A stretch of DNA of 64,000 bases. Origin: Candidatus Latescibacterota bacterium (GTDB taxonomy: Bacteria > Latescibacterota > UBA2968 > UBA8231). Made by a program: the position numbers and the translations under genes. The notes under the pieces were generated by a model. That model was not told the DNA's origin. It worked only from the letters and a program-made list of their open reading frames with translations, and did not search any database. This document shows, one piece after another, positions 10,863 through 21,645 of the stretch. The stretch lies in NCBI GenBank assembly GCA_965197905.1, contig CBDAOB010000003.1:928001-992000 (forward strand). Reading direction: 5' to 3'. How positions within the stretch are numbered: the first letter of the stretch is position 1; each line of letters opens with the position of its first letter.

Positions 10863-11912
10863 ATGGGCGACAGATTTGTAGACGCGGATCGGCTAGAAGA
10901 ATTCGCTGCGGCTTGTTTTCGCTCAGCCGGTTTCAAGAAGACTGACGCGGAGCTGCAGGCGGAGACACTGGTTTGGGCAAACCGTCGCGGCATCGATTCG
11001 CACGGCCTCGTCCTCCTCAGAATTTACCTGGAGTTCATCGAGAAGGGGTTCATGAATCCCAATCCGGAGATCCAGGTGATTACCGAAACCGCGGCCACGA
11101 TCCTCGTCGAGGCGGAGAGGGCGTTCGGCCCCGTGGCGACTGTGCCGGTTATGGAAAAATGCATTGATAAGGCGCGAGATGTAGGCGTCGCCTGGGGGCT
11201 GGTCCGCAATTGCGCCTATCAGGGGGCCATGTCGTACTACACTCAGATGGCCGTTAGCGCAGGCATGGCGGGCATTATTTCCTGCTGCAATTCTCCCGGC
11301 GCAGCCCCTCCCGGTTCTCGGTCGCTAGGCGTCAGCACTGCGCCCCTGGCCATTGCCGTACAGGGCAAGGAACGTGCCCCGCTCAGTTTGGACATGGCCA
11401 CATCCGTTGTAGCGCGGGGCAAGGTGTCGTTTGCCGCAGACCGCGGTGCCAGCATTCCGGAGGAATGGGCCCTCGATGATCAAGGGCGCCCGACGGCCGA
11501 TCCGAACGAGGTCGTGATGATGCAATCGGCGGGGAGCTACAAAGGCTACGGCATGGCTTTGATGTTCGAATGTCTCGCCAGCCTGATGGCGGGCAGCCCC
11601 TTGGTAACTCCAGTTGTCCAGGAGACCGAACCTATCTCCCCCGGTCATAACAACAGCTGGATGTGCGTCGTCGATATCAGCAAGTTCACGGATCTGGAAG
11701 CCTTTCGAACCAATGCCGACGCCCTGGCGGATACGATGAACGGACTGCCCACGGTAGATGGCAGCGATCCGATTCTGGTGCCGGGCGAGAAGGAGACGAA
11801 GGCGTATGAAGAACGAAAACAAAGCGGCATACCGCTGCCGCCTGGGACGGTTGCCAAGTTGAAATGGGCAGCGGCACATTGCGAGGTGCCGCTGCCGACT
11901 GAGCTCGCCTGA
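10863..11912 (+). CDS. Ldh_2 family oxidoreductase (malate/L-lactate/ureidoglycolate dehydrogenase-like)
   Basis: RGIDSHG, LDMATS, YKGYGMAL, VPGE. Confidence 0.92.
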   Translation: MGDRFVDADRLEEFAAACFRSAGFKKTDAELQAETLVWANRRGIDSHGLVLLRIYLEFIEKGFMNPNPEIQVITETAATILVEAERAFGPVATVPVMEKCIDKARDVGVAWGLVRNCAYQGAMSYYTQMAVSAGMAGIISCCNSPGAAPPGSRSLGVSTAPLAIAVQGKERAPLSLDMATSVVARGKVSFAADRGASIPEEWALDDQGRPTADPNEVVMMQSAGSYKGYGMALMFECLASLMAGSPLVTPVVQETEPISPGHNNSWMCVVDISKFTDLEAFRTNADALADTMNGLPTVDGSDPILVPGEKETKAYEERKQSGIPLPPGTVAKLKWAAAHCEVPLPTELA

Positions 11913-11942
11913 TTATTTCGCCAACCTTTCTGCGACAGGACC

Positions 11943-12935
11943 CTATATACTCCGCTCCAACACCCGGCCCTCCACCGCCCGATCCCCCATCTCGAAGGCG
12001 ACTTGCTCGCCGGTTGCCATGAATCCCAACTCTTGGAAGCGCGCCTGTTTGTCGGTGTCCTCGATGGAGAGAGCGAGGTGACAGCGGGTCGCGCCGACGG
12101 TGCGAGCCCAGTCGACGGCTGCCTGCAACAGCGCAGGTAGCGCTGCCATGTGGCGGTCGCGAGCCATCGCGTCCACTCGGCAGTCTCCTTCGCCGATTAG
12201 TCGCGCCGTGGACAACCCGACCGTGCGCCCGTCTTCGGTATGGGCCACAAACCATTCACCACGATCATCCTGCCGGATGGCTTCCAAACGCGGAAACAGG
12301 CCGTTGCACGAGGTCTGCAAGTGACTACGGGTCGAGTAGATCCGGCTTTTGGCGTTGGCATCCAAGACATGCCAGTCGTGGGGCGTGAGCAGCAGCGGTA
12401 CCAGCGGGATCCGTTCGGCGGGTGTAGCAGCCCGCACGGAGGTCTGCTGCTGCGAACGGAAGTACTCGACGAGAAAACTCTCCACCGAATCGCCGCTGGT
12501 TATGTTGGCCATCACGTTGGAGCCAGCGATGCGGCGCCAGCCCAGCCGGTAGTAGACCCGGGCGGCTTCGGGATTGCCGGTCCCGAGGAATATGGCTTTC
12601 CCACCGTTGCCGCGGAATTCCTCGAGTGCGCAGGTGCAGAGCCGCGTGGAGATACCAGCCCGTCGCTGCCTCGGATCGGTGGCAACCTCGCCCAGGGTAG
12701 CCAGCCCGGGAAGCCGCTTCGATCGGCTGACCATGCAAGTGCCGGCGATCTCACCCTCGATCCGTTCCAGGAAGAGCACGTTCTGGCTGTGATCCAGCTC
12801 CGTGCCCAGGAAGAGATCGCGCGTAATATCGGCAATGGGGCCGAAGATTGACTCCCAGAAGCCGAAAAGCTCGTCGGTCAATTCTGCGGATAGGGGAATT
12901 TCGAAACGCATGGCATTCCTGACGTTGGCCTGCAT
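11943..12935 (-). CDS. Tandem GNAT acetyltransferase
   Basis: GEVATDPRQRRAGIS, AARVYYRLGW; second degenerate GNAT ending FQELGF; start uncertain (12911 or 12935). Confidence 0.8.
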   Translation of the reverse strand: MQANVRNAMRFEIPLSAELTDELFGFWESIFGPIADITRDLFLGTELDHSQNVLFLERIEGEIAGTCMVSRSKRLPGLATLGEVATDPRQRRAGISTRLCTCALEEFRGNGGKAIFLGTGNPEAARVYYRLGWRRIAGSNVMANITSGDSVESFLVEYFRSQQQTSVRAATPAERIPLVPLLLTPHDWHVLDANAKSRIYSTRSHLQTSCNGLFPRLEAIRQDDRGEWFVAHTEDGRTVGLSTARLIGEGDCRVDAMARDRHMAALPALLQAAVDWARTVGATRCHLALSIEDTDKQARFQELGFMATGEQVAFEMGDRAVEGRVLERSI

Positions 12936-13140
12936 CTGCCTTCCAGAATGAGTGTGCTCGGTCGACGGCAAGGTAGTACGCAAAGAATCCGTTCGAAGCA
13001 ACGATGCCCCGAGATTTCATGATCGCGTCATCCAAGGAGCGCAGTCCGTGCCAGGACACTCCAGTTTCGTGGCAGTGGTTGACGGGGCCCATCGTATCGG
13101 ACAACTTACGCCACCCAACCTACTCAGGGAGCAGCAACTT

Positions 13141-14724
13141 ATGACCGCAAAACCGTTCGAAGTGCCTGTCAACCAGCGGCAACTCTTTCTGGACGACCGT
13201 GGAGTCGCCGCCATCGAGAACCTCAAACACACCTTGCATCCACCGGAAAAGAAGGGAGCGGTCATAGAGCCACGGCTGCCGCACGAAACCAGCCTGCAGA
13301 TTCGCTGCGCTCCGACCTGGGATCCGGTGGCGGGCTGTTTCCGCATCTGGCTTATGGCCGATGGCGGTATCGCGCTGGCGGAAAGCGACGACGGCCTCAA
13401 CTGGCACCGGCCGGTACTGCGTTGCACCGAGCACCGGGGTTCGTTGGAGAACAGTCTGGTCACCGGTCGGTGCGGCGGCCACGTAATCTTCGATCCCCAC
13501 GATCCCGATACCTCGCGGCGCTACAAGAGCTTGTCCTTGCGCGGCGCCCAGGAACGGGTGGTGAGCCCAATCGCCCAACACTGGAGGCTCGGGCACAACC
13601 CGTGGCGCCTGGCCTATCCTGGCCGCCACGTGCTCAGCAATCCCCGCCAGTACCAGATGAGCTGGGTGATCCAGGTGCAGGAGCGCTCGAGCGCGCCGGC
13701 GGAGGAACGCTATGAAGGCAGGGGTTGCTTTCAGACGCGCGACCTTACCGTGAGTCCGGACGGAATTCACTGGAGGGTGCTCGATTGTCCCGGCCTGCCC
13801 ACGGGGGATGAAGGCAACATGACCTTCGACGAACAGACCGGAACCTACATCGCAACCTTGAAGGAAGGAGAGATGGGGCCCCATGGTCGGTCGATCGCTC
13901 TGGCCACCAGCAAGGATTTCGACAACTGGAGCCAGCCGGAGCTCGTGTTTCACGCCGACGAGAAGGATCTGGAACTGGCGAAAGAGCACATCGCCGAGCG
14001 TCTGGCCAATCCGAAAATGGTGCAGCCTACCTACAATGTGCCGGAGGAATATTTCGTCGACGTCTACAACATGGGCGTCTCCCGCTACGAAGGACTCTAC
14101 ATAGGCATGGCCGCGTTCTTCCATCACACCGGCGACGTGAACGAGAACTCCGACGGTTTTCACATAGTGCAGCTCGCCAGCAGCCGCGATCTACGCAACT
14201 GGAACCGAGTGGGAGACCGGGCAGCGTTCATCACTCCTTCGCCCATTGATTCGGGTCATTACGATCTGAGTCAGATCATGCCGCCGTCGCGACCGCTGCA
14301 CAAGAACGGAGAGCTCTGGTTCTACTACTTTGGCGGCAAGTATCGCTCGCACAAGGAGGACGACGATCCAAAAACAGGAGGCGTCTGCCTGGCGGTGCTC
14401 CGCCGGGACGGGTTTGTCTCCCTGGATGCCGGGGATACAGGCGGTTCGGCGTTGACCGATTCATTCCTGTTGCAGAGTCCATGGTTGTTTGCCAACGTGG
14501 ACGCTGCCAATGGCTCGGTGGAGGTGGAGGTGGTGGACGAATCGGGCCGCTCGATTGCGGAATCGGAGCCGATCAAGGGGGATCATCCCCGGTATCCGGT
14601 GCAGTGGAAGACCGGTGACCTGGCGGCGTCGGTCAACCGCCCGGTGCAGTTGCGGTTCAAAGCGAGCAAGGCTTCGATCTACTCCTACTGGTTTGACGAG
14701 GTAACGGAACCAGCACCCCATTGA
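13141..14724 (+). CDS. Uncharacterised glycosidase-like five-bladed beta-propeller protein (paralog 1)
   Basis: RQLFLDD, repeated SxDG-W/SxDF-W motifs, LRRDGFVSL, C-terminal beta-sandwich; start aligned to the paralog at 19188. Confidence 0.75.
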   Translation: MTAKPFEVPVNQRQLFLDDRGVAAIENLKHTLHPPEKKGAVIEPRLPHETSLQIRCAPTWDPVAGCFRIWLMADGGIALAESDDGLNWHRPVLRCTEHRGSLENSLVTGRCGGHVIFDPHDPDTSRRYKSLSLRGAQERVVSPIAQHWRLGHNPWRLAYPGRHVLSNPRQYQMSWVIQVQERSSAPAEERYEGRGCFQTRDLTVSPDGIHWRVLDCPGLPTGDEGNMTFDEQTGTYIATLKEGEMGPHGRSIALATSKDFDNWSQPELVFHADEKDLELAKEHIAERLANPKMVQPTYNVPEEYFVDVYNMGVSRYEGLYIGMAAFFHHTGDVNENSDGFHIVQLASSRDLRNWNRVGDRAAFITPSPIDSGHYDLSQIMPPSRPLHKNGELWFYYFGGKYRSHKEDDDPKTGGVCLAVLRRDGFVSLDAGDTGGSALTDSFLLQSPWLFANVDAANGSVEVEVVDESGRSIAESEPIKGDHPRYPVQWKTGDLAASVNRPVQLRFKASKASIYSYWFDEVTEPAPH

Positions 14725-14736
14725 GGAGAAGCGAAC

Positions 14737-15366
14737 ATGAAGGTATTGGTGATTGGGGCCAACGGTAATACCGCCACGCGTGCGGTGCGGAGATTGAAGG
14801 AAAGCTCCCACGAACCGCTGGCGATGATCCGCAACGTCGAGCATCGAGAGAAATTTGACGACATGGGGGTGTCGACCGTTCTGGCCGATCTGGAATATCC
14901 GATCGATCACGCGGTGCAAGGCTGCGACGCGGTGATCTTTGGTGCTGGCTCGGGCGGACACACCGGGAAGGACAAAACAGTACTGGTCGATCACATCGGT
15001 GCGATCCGTTCCATGGTGACCGCCCAGCTACACGGTGCCAAGCGCTTCATCATGCTGAGTTCGATCAATGCGGACGTGAACAGTGAGTCGCGCATTGCTC
15101 ACTACCACAAGGCCAAGGGCTACGCCGACAAACATCTGCAGGAGAGCGAGCTGGACTACACCATTATTTGGCCTGGTGGGTTGAGGGATGACGAGGGATC
15201 GGGTACGGTCTCGGTCAGCCCCGATCTGCACGTGGAGGGCACAACCTCCCGCGAGAACCTCGCCGCCGCGTTGGTCACGTGCCTCGACCTGGACAACACG
15301 ATCGGCAAACGGTTCAGCATGCTGGAAGGCGATACCCCTTTGGAGGAAGCACTGCGGTCGATGTAA
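14737..15366 (+). CDS. Atypical SDR / NAD(P)H-binding protein (YhfK-like)
   Basis: VIGANGNT, AGSGGHTG, YHKAK, LDYTIIWPGGL. Confidence 0.9.
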   Translation: MKVLVIGANGNTATRAVRRLKESSHEPLAMIRNVEHREKFDDMGVSTVLADLEYPIDHAVQGCDAVIFGAGSGGHTGKDKTVLVDHIGAIRSMVTAQLHGAKRFIMLSSINADVNSESRIAHYHKAKGYADKHLQESELDYTIIWPGGLRDDEGSGTVSVSPDLHVEGTTSRENLAAALVTCLDLDNTIGKRFSMLEGDTPLEEALRSM

Positions 15367-15451
15367 CGAGTCTCCGGCAGTGGCCGCCCATCAAGGCGGA
15401 GACAGAGCTGGCCGTTTTCGCCATCGCCGCGGAGCATACCAGGAGGATGTC

Positions 15452-16417
15452 ATGAACGTCAATTTCGATCCCGCTGATATTCGCAGCTGGTTATGTGGAC
15501 CGATAGTGGCTGCGGCTACCCCCTTCACCGAGGATTATGCCCTAGATCTGGACGCCTTGCGCGATCACGTCCGTTTCATGGTAGACCACGGAGTCAGGAC
15601 GGGGCAGGGTGCTCTGCTGATGGCGGCAGCAGGTGGAGAGCATCCAACCATGAACGTCGAGGAGCGTAAAGCGGTCATGGAGGCAGCAGTGGAAGCGGCG
15701 GCGGGAGAGGTGCCCGTGCTGGCCAGTATTCAGCACACAGACACACGAGTGATAGTCGAGCTGGCGGAACACGCCGCCAAGGTGGGCATACAAGGAGCCC
15801 AGTTGAATGCCACCTACTACTACCCCGCCAAAGAAGGAGACGTCCTCAGGCTTTTCAAGATGGTTGCTGATGCCTCGGACGTGACTGTCATGATTTACCG
15901 CGTCGGTGTTCTGAAGGAGATGAGCATAGAGTTCCTACAGCGCCTGGCGGAGATAGAGACTGTGCGGGTGGTGAAATTCGGGGCCAACGATCAGGACGAA
16001 TTTGCCAGGGGTGTCGCGATCCTCGCCAAAGACCTGGTGGTCATTGATAACTCCGGCCAGCATGTCTGGGGACACATACTGGGAGCAAGAGGTGTCATCA
16101 CTCACATCAGCAACTTCTGGCCTGAGTATCCTCTCCAGATCTGGCAGCTCCTCGAGCAAGGGGAGTACGTAGCCGTCAAGGACAAGCTGATCGCCTTCAA
16201 ATGGAAGTGGGTGGAGTGGGTTCGCAAGATTACCAAGGTCACGGGAGGAGAAGCCCCCTTCTCAAAGGCGGCGATGGAGACCGTTGGTTTGCGGGCAGGT
16301 CCTCCGCGCCTGCCCGCTGTCCGGCCGCCTCAAGAACTGCTGGATGAGTTGCGCGCGCTTTTCGACTCGGCTGGTGTGCCTCAAGCCCAAGTGACTACCC
16401 AGTCCACACCCCGATAG
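15452..16417 (+). CDS. Dihydrodipicolinate synthase-like aldolase/lyase
   Basis: TPFTED, AAGGEHPTM..EERK, Schiff-base Lys in VVKF, GPPRLP; RBS AGGAGG. Confidence 0.88.
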   Translation: MNVNFDPADIRSWLCGPIVAAATPFTEDYALDLDALRDHVRFMVDHGVRTGQGALLMAAAGGEHPTMNVEERKAVMEAAVEAAAGEVPVLASIQHTDTRVIVELAEHAAKVGIQGAQLNATYYYPAKEGDVLRLFKMVADASDVTVMIYRVGVLKEMSIEFLQRLAEIETVRVVKFGANDQDEFARGVAILAKDLVVIDNSGQHVWGHILGARGVITHISNFWPEYPLQIWQLLEQGEYVAVKDKLIAFKWKWVEWVRKITKVTGGEAPFSKAAMETVGLRAGPPRLPAVRPPQELLDELRALFDSAGVPQAQVTTQSTPR

Positions 16418-16477
16418 TGTGAATTCGCGCCCGCCACCGTTTTGGTTTTTTCAGCGGGCATCCCAGACGTCGGCATC

Positions 16478-17701
16478 ATGAAGATCGACCGCGACCGCTT
16501 TCTTGAAGAGGGCTACCTCACCGTACGGGAAGCGATCCCGCCGAGTCAGCTCGAAGCGGTTCGGGAAGCGTATGAGCTACTCGTTAGCTATCAGAGGAAG
16601 ATCTGGGTTCGGGAGCGCAAACCGGACGACCCGCCCGGTGGCGAATGGGAAATCGCGCGGCAGCCCAGATTGCATCTGAGTCCAATCTCGCCGCGATTGA
16701 CCGGACTTCTAGACCGAATCGATGGCCTCACGATCAAAGCCATCGAGGTATGGATGTTCGAGCGTATTCATGGCGTCAGCTGCGAACTGCTCGGCGTTGC
16801 GGATGCGGCGGTAACGGACATGATGCTGATGTGCAATCCGGTGCGGAATCACGGGCCGGCGAAATGGCACCGGGATATGTACCCGCCGACCAGCGCGCCC
16901 GTGCGGGGCTATTTCAACGATATTCTTGAGAGCGGACCGCGGTACGTTCAGTGGAACATCTCGCTGCATGACGACGACGTACTGTGCGTAATTCCGGGGA
17001 GCCATGTTCGCGCAAACACGCCTGAGCAGGATGCCGCCATCGCCGCTGATCCACATCAGGCACTTCCCGATTTGGTCAGGACCGACCTGAAGGCAGGAGA
17101 CGGTGTGGTGTACATCTTGCCCATCTTACACTGGGGCAGTAACTACACAACCACGAAGCGCCGCTGTATTCACGGCGGGTTTTCGACCTTCACCCGGCAT
17201 CCCGATCTTCGGTTTACCGACTTCCTGCCTCTTAAAAGGCGGGAGATGTTCCGGCGGTGGGCGCAGCGTTCTGAAACGATGAAAGATTGCACCGAAGCAG
17301 CAATGCGTGCGTTCGCTAATCGGGACTCGCAGGGGTACCAAAATGCGCTGGACCAGCTACATCCGGGCCGCGGCCCGAAGGGTAGGGATCTATCGTCCGT
17401 TTATCTGAGCAAAGCGGCCGGATGGATAAACGATCACAAGACCGACGCGGACACGCCACCCGAGCCGAGCCGAAATCCGAGGCCCCGGGCACATCCTATC
17501 ACACTCTACTGGGGCGAGGAGTTCGCAGACAGGTTTACGCGGGATGAGGCCCAGAGGATGTGGCGCCGGTTCAGCCAAGTGGATGAGTTGATGCGCGAGA
17601 AGAACCTGCAGTATGCACCAGGTTTTCAGGGTGGCGAATCCCACTACCAATTTGTCGACATGCCGGATAGCGCCGCCTTCGATGAACTGATCGGGGACTA
17701 A
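16478..17701 (+). CDS. Phytanoyl-CoA dioxygenase family protein with C-terminal extension
   Basis: FLEEGY, WHRD, VIPGSH, LKAGDGV, LHWG. Confidence 0.85.
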   Translation: MKIDRDRFLEEGYLTVREAIPPSQLEAVREAYELLVSYQRKIWVRERKPDDPPGGEWEIARQPRLHLSPISPRLTGLLDRIDGLTIKAIEVWMFERIHGVSCELLGVADAAVTDMMLMCNPVRNHGPAKWHRDMYPPTSAPVRGYFNDILESGPRYVQWNISLHDDDVLCVIPGSHVRANTPEQDAAIAADPHQALPDLVRTDLKAGDGVVYILPILHWGSNYTTTKRRCIHGGFSTFTRHPDLRFTDFLPLKRREMFRRWAQRSETMKDCTEAAMRAFANRDSQGYQNALDQLHPGRGPKGRDLSSVYLSKAAGWINDHKTDADTPPEPSRNPRPRAHPITLYWGEEFADRFTRDEAQRMWRRFSQVDELMREKNLQYAPGFQGGESHYQFVDMPDSAAFDELIGD

Positions 17702-17702
17702 C

Positions 17703-19020
17703 TTACCCCGAAACGTATCTTCCTTCTGCACGGTATTTGAAGAACCAGACGGCGGTGACGAGCCTGAAACAATTTCGGGCCACCAACGCGAGCCAAATCG
17801 TGGTGATCGAGAGTGTGGTGAGGTAACCGATCGCCAGGACCGGAAGGAAGGCGACCACTAGTGCGCCCACCACGGAGTTGCGCAGGAACCTGTAGTCGCG
17901 GCTGCCGAACAGAATCCCGTCATAAACAAAGACCAGCGCGTTGAATGGCGAAGAAACGACGATAAGCCACCAGTACTGGTCGATGATCGTTGTCAGTGAC
18001 GCGTCGTTCGTAAAGATCAGCTGAATGGGGCGCGCGGCGAAGAAGAAAAGAAGCGAAAACCCCGTGCCGGTCAGAAATCCGAGCAGCAGAAGCCGGTTAC
18101 CCAGTGTTTTCCACTTGTCCGGACGTAGCTCGCCGAGATACTTACCTCCGAGCGAGGTCGCGGTGACGGCGATACCGTCCACAAAAAACGACGCGAACAC
18201 CCATACTTGAAGGCCGATCTGATGAGCGGCGACGATATCCGTGCCAAGTCGTGTCGCTACCGACGCGCCAATGAAGTAGGATCCAGTCAGACAGCCCGTC
18301 CGGATGAACAAGTCCAACGCCTCGCCGCCGAAACTCAGCGCGTCGGAGATCTTGAGCTTAACTTTCTCGAGGATTGCGGAGACGTCGCGGTTCTTCCAGA
18401 GCCAACCAAGGCCCAGCGCGGTCGCAAGCGCAAACGACCCCGTCGTGCCTACTGCGGCGGCCGATGAGTCCCGTATTTAGGACATAGAGCGCGAACCAGG
18501 TGGTGACAACGTTGCTCACCGTTAGCACGGCAATGACGACAAACGAGAACGGAATGCGCTGAAGACCTCGAAGAATGCCAAGCAGCGCCGTCGTCAACAG
18601 CACGAACGGCAACCCGAGACAACGCACGCCATAGTAGGGATTCGCGAGCACGACGAGTTCGTCGGATGCACCCATAACAGTTACGAGTAGCGGCACCATG
18701 AACACGTAGAGCAGGGCCCCGACCACGCACCCGAGACCAAGAGCCGACAAAAGCGCCAGGCGAATATGCGTCCCGAGCAGCCTGCGGTCGCCCGCTCCCA
18801 CCGCCTGTGCAACCCGGGCCGTGACCGCGTAGACGAGAAAGTTGAAGACCCAGGTGAACGCCGTCAGCACGCTCGTCGCCACGGCCAGTCCGGCGAGCCA
18901 GAGTGTATCCTTGCGCCCGACAAACGCCGTATCGACCATGGCTGCGACCGGTTCCATGGCGACGGAAAGAATCGCCGGAATCGAGATCTTGATCAGGTTG
19001 CGATAACTGAGTTCTGACAT
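17703..19020 (-). CDS. MATE family efflux transporter (DinF-like), frameshifted near 18460
   Basis: EPVAAMVDTAFVG, LRGLQ, AAHQI, DGILFG; removing one base at ~18460 restores LIGAAVGTT...ALDLFIRT. Confidence 0.88.
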
Positions 19021-19117
19021 GGGATGTAGCAGACGGCACGGAGATGGTCGTGCGGCCCGAAAACTCGCTCCGAATCGGATAATCCTCAAGGACCGTGGCT
19101 GACCATGTGGCTCACCG

Positions 19118-19147
19118 TTGACAGCGGTCGCCAGCAGAGTGCAGTAT
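19118..19147 (+). promoter_or_regulatory. Putative sigma70 promoter of paralog 2
   Basis: TTGACA (19118-19123), 18-nt spacer, CAGTAT. Confidence 0.35.
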
Positions 19148-19187
19148 AAAGCACCGTAGAATCAACAAGATTTCATGGAGCTCACAC

Positions 19188-20768
19188 ATGACAGAAAAAC
19201 CATTCGAGGTTCCCGTCGGTCAGCGCCAGCTTTTCCTGGATGATCAGGGGATAACCGAGATTCAAGAGCTCCACCCTACGCTGCACCCGCCCGAAAAGAA
19301 AGGTGCGGTGATCGAACCGGGCGATGACGAACGCAACATTTCGATCCGCTGCGCGCCCGCGTGGGACCCTGAGGAGCGCTGTTACAAGCTCTGGGTGATG
19401 TGTGAAGGAGGTATGGGTCTGGCGGAAAGCGCCGATGGGCTCAATTGGGAACGTCCGATTCTCCGCGTCCGGGAACACAAAGGTTCGTTGGAGAACAATC
19501 TGGTCGCCGGTCCCTGTGGTGAGCAGGTGGCTTTCGATCCCGCCGACCCGGATCCGTCCCGGCGTTACAAGAGTTTGCGATTGCGCGGGGCTCTGGAACG
19601 CATGGTGAGTCCAATCGCCGAGCATTGGAAGCTCCATCACAACCCATGGCGCCTGGCCTACACCCGCGGACACGAGCTGAACGATCCGCGGCAATACCAA
19701 CACAGCTGGGTTATTCAAGTCAGCGAACGGCCAGGCGCTCCGGCTGATGAGCGGTTCGAAGGCATGGGCAGTTTCCAAACGCGGGATCTGGTGGTCAGCT
19801 CCGATGGCATCCACTGGCGCATGCTGGACAGGCCTGGACTGCCCTCGGGTGACGAAGCCAATTTCAGCATCGACGAAGAGACCGGGACCTATATCGCCAC
19901 GCTGAAGGAAGGGGAGATGGGTCCGTATGGGCGCTCGATTTCCCTGGCGACGAGCAAGGACTTCGAGCGTTGGACCCAGCATGGGCTGGTATTTCATGCC
20001 GATGAGAAGGACCAGGAACTGAATGTCGAGGTGATCACGGCGCGGTTTGAAAATCCGTCGCTAACCCATCAGGTGTACAACGTGCCGGCGGAGTATTTCG
20101 TCGATGTCTACAACATGGGGATATTTCGCTACGAAGGTCTCTATATAGGGCTGCCCGCTTTCTTCCACCACACCGGAGATAGGAATGAGAATTCGGACGG
20201 TTTCCACCGCGTCCAGCTGACTTCCAGCCGCGATCTGCATTCGTGGACCCGGCTGGGCGGCCGCGAACCGTTCATCGGTCCGTCGACGATCGAATCGGGG
20301 GCCTACGATCTGAACGGAATCTTGCCACCTTCGAAACCGATTCTCAAGGATGACGAGTTGTGGCTCTACTACCCGGGTGGGCGCTATCGCGAGGAGCCAC
20401 CGGACGCGCGCCCGAAGCGCAGCGCCGTCTGCCTCGCGGTGTTACGGCGGGATGGTTTTATCTCCCTGGATGCGGGTGCGAGTGGTGGTTCGGTGCTGAC
20501 AAACTCGTTTCTACTGCCGAGTCCATGGTTGTTCACCAATGTGGATGCGTCGGGCGGATCAGTGGAGCTGCAGGTGCTGGATGATTCGGGGGGTGTGATC
20601 GCGGAATCCGAGCCGATCACCGGGGACCATCCGCGATACCCGGTGCAGTGGAAGTCGGGCGACCTGGCAGCAACGGTCAGTCGCCCAGCCCAGCTGCGCA
20701 TCAAGGCGAATGACGCTTCGCTCTATTCCTACTGGTTTGCCGAGGTGACCGAGCCAGCTCCCCATTGA
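19188..20768 (+). CDS. Uncharacterised glycosidase-like beta-propeller protein (paralog 2)
   Basis: Colinear with 13141-14724 along its whole length; same C-terminus EVTEPAPH. Confidence 0.78.
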   Translation: MTEKPFEVPVGQRQLFLDDQGITEIQELHPTLHPPEKKGAVIEPGDDERNISIRCAPAWDPEERCYKLWVMCEGGMGLAESADGLNWERPILRVREHKGSLENNLVAGPCGEQVAFDPADPDPSRRYKSLRLRGALERMVSPIAEHWKLHHNPWRLAYTRGHELNDPRQYQHSWVIQVSERPGAPADERFEGMGSFQTRDLVVSSDGIHWRMLDRPGLPSGDEANFSIDEETGTYIATLKEGEMGPYGRSISLATSKDFERWTQHGLVFHADEKDQELNVEVITARFENPSLTHQVYNVPAEYFVDVYNMGIFRYEGLYIGLPAFFHHTGDRNENSDGFHRVQLTSSRDLHSWTRLGGREPFIGPSTIESGAYDLNGILPPSKPILKDDELWLYYPGGRYREEPPDARPKRSAVCLAVLRRDGFISLDAGASGGSVLTNSFLLPSPWLFTNVDASGGSVELQVLDDSGGVIAESEPITGDHPRYPVQWKSGDLAATVSRPAQLRIKANDASLYSYWFAEVTEPAPH

Positions 20769-20806
20769 CCCGCCATCGTGCAACTCCTGGCTACAAGCAG
20801 GCTGCG

Positions 20807-21319
20807 CTAGCGACGGGGGGCGTCTGTCTTGATGAATTGAAGCGGATTCAGGGAGCGCTTTCCCTGAGTTATCATGTAGTGCAGACCAGGAGACGTGGTG
20901 GCTCCGGATTTCCCGATCTTGCCGATCACGTCACCAATACCGACCTGTTGACCCCGCTTCACGGTCGAAGCCTCGAGATGACCGTAGGAGGACTTCACGT
21001 TGCGGCTGTGGTTGATTACCACGTACCTGCCCAGGTGATTGTTCGTCCCGACCTTCTCAACGATGCCGGGCCCAGTAGCGAGCACCTCGGTACCCAGGGG
21101 GCCCTTGAAATGAGCGCCGTGGGGTGAGCTGCATATCGGCTTTTCGCTCGGTGCCGCCGGCTTCAACTTGCAGCCGACCCCCCCACCGCCTGCCGGTTTT
21201 GCGGCGACGGAACAGTCGGAATTCTTGGGGACTGGAGAGCCATTCGGAATGGAGCCGCTGTAAGCGGCATCGGCTGTCTGGCAGAGAACCAGAACGCTGA
21301 GAATTGCTATCAATCGCAT
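20807..21319 (-). CDS. Secreted M23 peptidase-domain protein with degenerate active site
   Basis: Signal peptide; GTEVLATGPG, GRYVVINH, YGHL, IGKIGKSG.T, LHY...NP. Confidence 0.8.
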   Translation of the reverse strand: MRLIAILSVLVLCQTADAAYSGSIPNGSPVPKNSDCSVAAKPAGGGGVGCKLKPAAPSEKPICSSPHGAHFKGPLGTEVLATGPGIVEKVGTNNHLGRYVVINHSRNVKSSYGHLEASTVKRGQQVGIGDVIGKIGKSGATTSPGLHYMITQGKRSLNPLQFIKTDAPRR

Positions 21320-21645
21320 GAGAGACCTTCCTTCGGGTTTCCTATAGAATGCAAAGAGCCGGCAAAGGAGGCAATAAAAAAATTTAGCGAAGCGACGGTT
21401 TCGCCGCCTCCGTCAAATCCAGCTCCCGTAGCTCTCCAGCACTTCGTTACGGGTTGTCTGCAGGCGCACGTTGATAATCGTCTGCTTCAAGGCTATCCGT
21501 CAGTTGCTGACGCAGCTCCGCAATCTCCGGCAAGCGACCGATCCAACCCTTTGAGACGCAGGGAACTCCCATCCATTCCGGCGGCAGATCATGGCTACGA
21601 GATGGGAGTCTTTATAGGTTTTGCGTCACCGTTCCACGCAGTGAC

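Noticed and set aside
163..14163. Long opposite-strand ORFs (163-1254, 4192-5376, 9027-10307, 13120-14163 and similar elsewhere)
   Set aside because: They fully overlap motif-supported genes and have no recognisable motifs
21447..21572. Short minus-strand frame with UVR-like IAELRQQLTDSLEADDYQRA
   Set aside because: Too short, no convincing start or RBS; resemblance may be chance
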